A program made the translations under genes and the position numbers. DNA of 64,000 nt, taken from Candidatus Bathyarchaeota archaeon (GTDB lineage: Archaea > Thermoproteota > Bathyarchaeia > Bathyarchaeales > Bathycorpusculaceae). The notes beneath the pieces are model-generated. The model did not search any database. It was not told where the DNA came from and saw only the letters and a list, made by a program, of their open reading frames with translations. The DNA lies in NCBI GenBank assembly GCA_963782525.1, contig CAWAKC010000012.1, positions 14,703 through 78,702 on the forward strand, in the 5' to 3' direction. Positions 63,497 to 64,000 of this stretch are shown piece after piece; positions within the stretch are counted from its first letter, which is position 1, and every line of letters starts with the position of its first letter.

Positions 63497-63892
63497 ATGA
63501 CCACCGATGAGAACAAAGCCATCGTCCGCAGATTTATCAAAGAAGTGTTGGGCGGCGGCAATACCGACCTTATCGACGAATTGCTTGCAACAGACTACAT
63601 GAATCCGAGTATGGGCGTAACGAATCGCACTGGCTTCAAGGCTGTGATTTCCGGTCTAAAGGCTTCTGCGCCGGCACGCGATTTTGAAATCGCGGATTTA
63701 GTAGCCGAAGGCGATTCAGTCGTATTTCGGGGCAACATGAACGTAACCCTCGCCAGCGGGAAAAAAGTCTCTGCCCGAGTTATCACATATTACCGTCTCG
63801 TTAACGGGAAGATCGTGGAAGATGAACCGATAAGTACCCCGCCTCTGACCGAATTGTTAGCCGGCATGATGCCGCCAAAGTCAAGCTCCTAA
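63497..63892 (+). CDS. SnoaL-like/ester cyclase (NTF2-fold) protein
   Basis: ENKAIVRRF, LVAEGDSV, YRLVNGKIVE. Confidence 0.85.
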   Translation: MTTDENKAIVRRFIKEVLGGGNTDLIDELLATDYMNPSMGVTNRTGFKAVISGLKASAPARDFEIADLVAEGDSVVFRGNMNVTLASGKKVSARVITYYRLVNGKIVEDEPISTPPLTELLAGMMPPKSSS

Positions 63893-64000
63893 GCCGTATC
63901 TTCGTAAGTTAGGGGCTTCGAGCTCTTTTACTAGTGAAATGGTGTAGGATTACCAATCAACTCCCGTATCGGTAAATTGGGGTGAGTATCCCCCGCCCAG

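Overview
Archaeal chromosomal window, probably Bathyarchaeia or a related TACK lineage. This is inferred from the HMf-type histone, aIF5B, ABCE1, Dph6, TrmY, the eno-uS2-MEMO1 gene order, an intron-containing tRNA and many Pro/Thr-stalked surface proteins. Housekeeping genes (infB, sufCB, trxB, LonC-type protease, serA, glyA, dtxR-feoA/feoB, thiL, eno, rpsB, mvk) alternate with accessory tracts: a ~6.7 kb island at the tRNA-Ser 3' end (sufCB, GC-richer katG, IS element, integrase relic), a surface-protein cluster (22-28 kb), and a decayed integrated element at tRNA-Pro. The most notable items are not in the ORF track: (1) an 18-aa Lys-rich, H1-tail-like micro-ORF divergent from a histone with altered tetramer-interface residues; (2) a 23-aa Glu/Trp micro-ORF upstream of ABCE1; (3) a perfectly paired tRNA-Thr(CGU) with a non-canonical T-loop and co-varying D-loop; (4) a C/D-box sRNA; (5) an unclassified ~140-nt structured RNA candidate; (6) a recurrent AAATTGGGG motif next to tRNA-like ends. 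Dph6 is also coupled to a GATase, and a split AT3 + SGNH pair is present. About ten genes carry single-base frameshifts, which may be sequencing error. All family calls come from motif recognition by eye; no searches were run.
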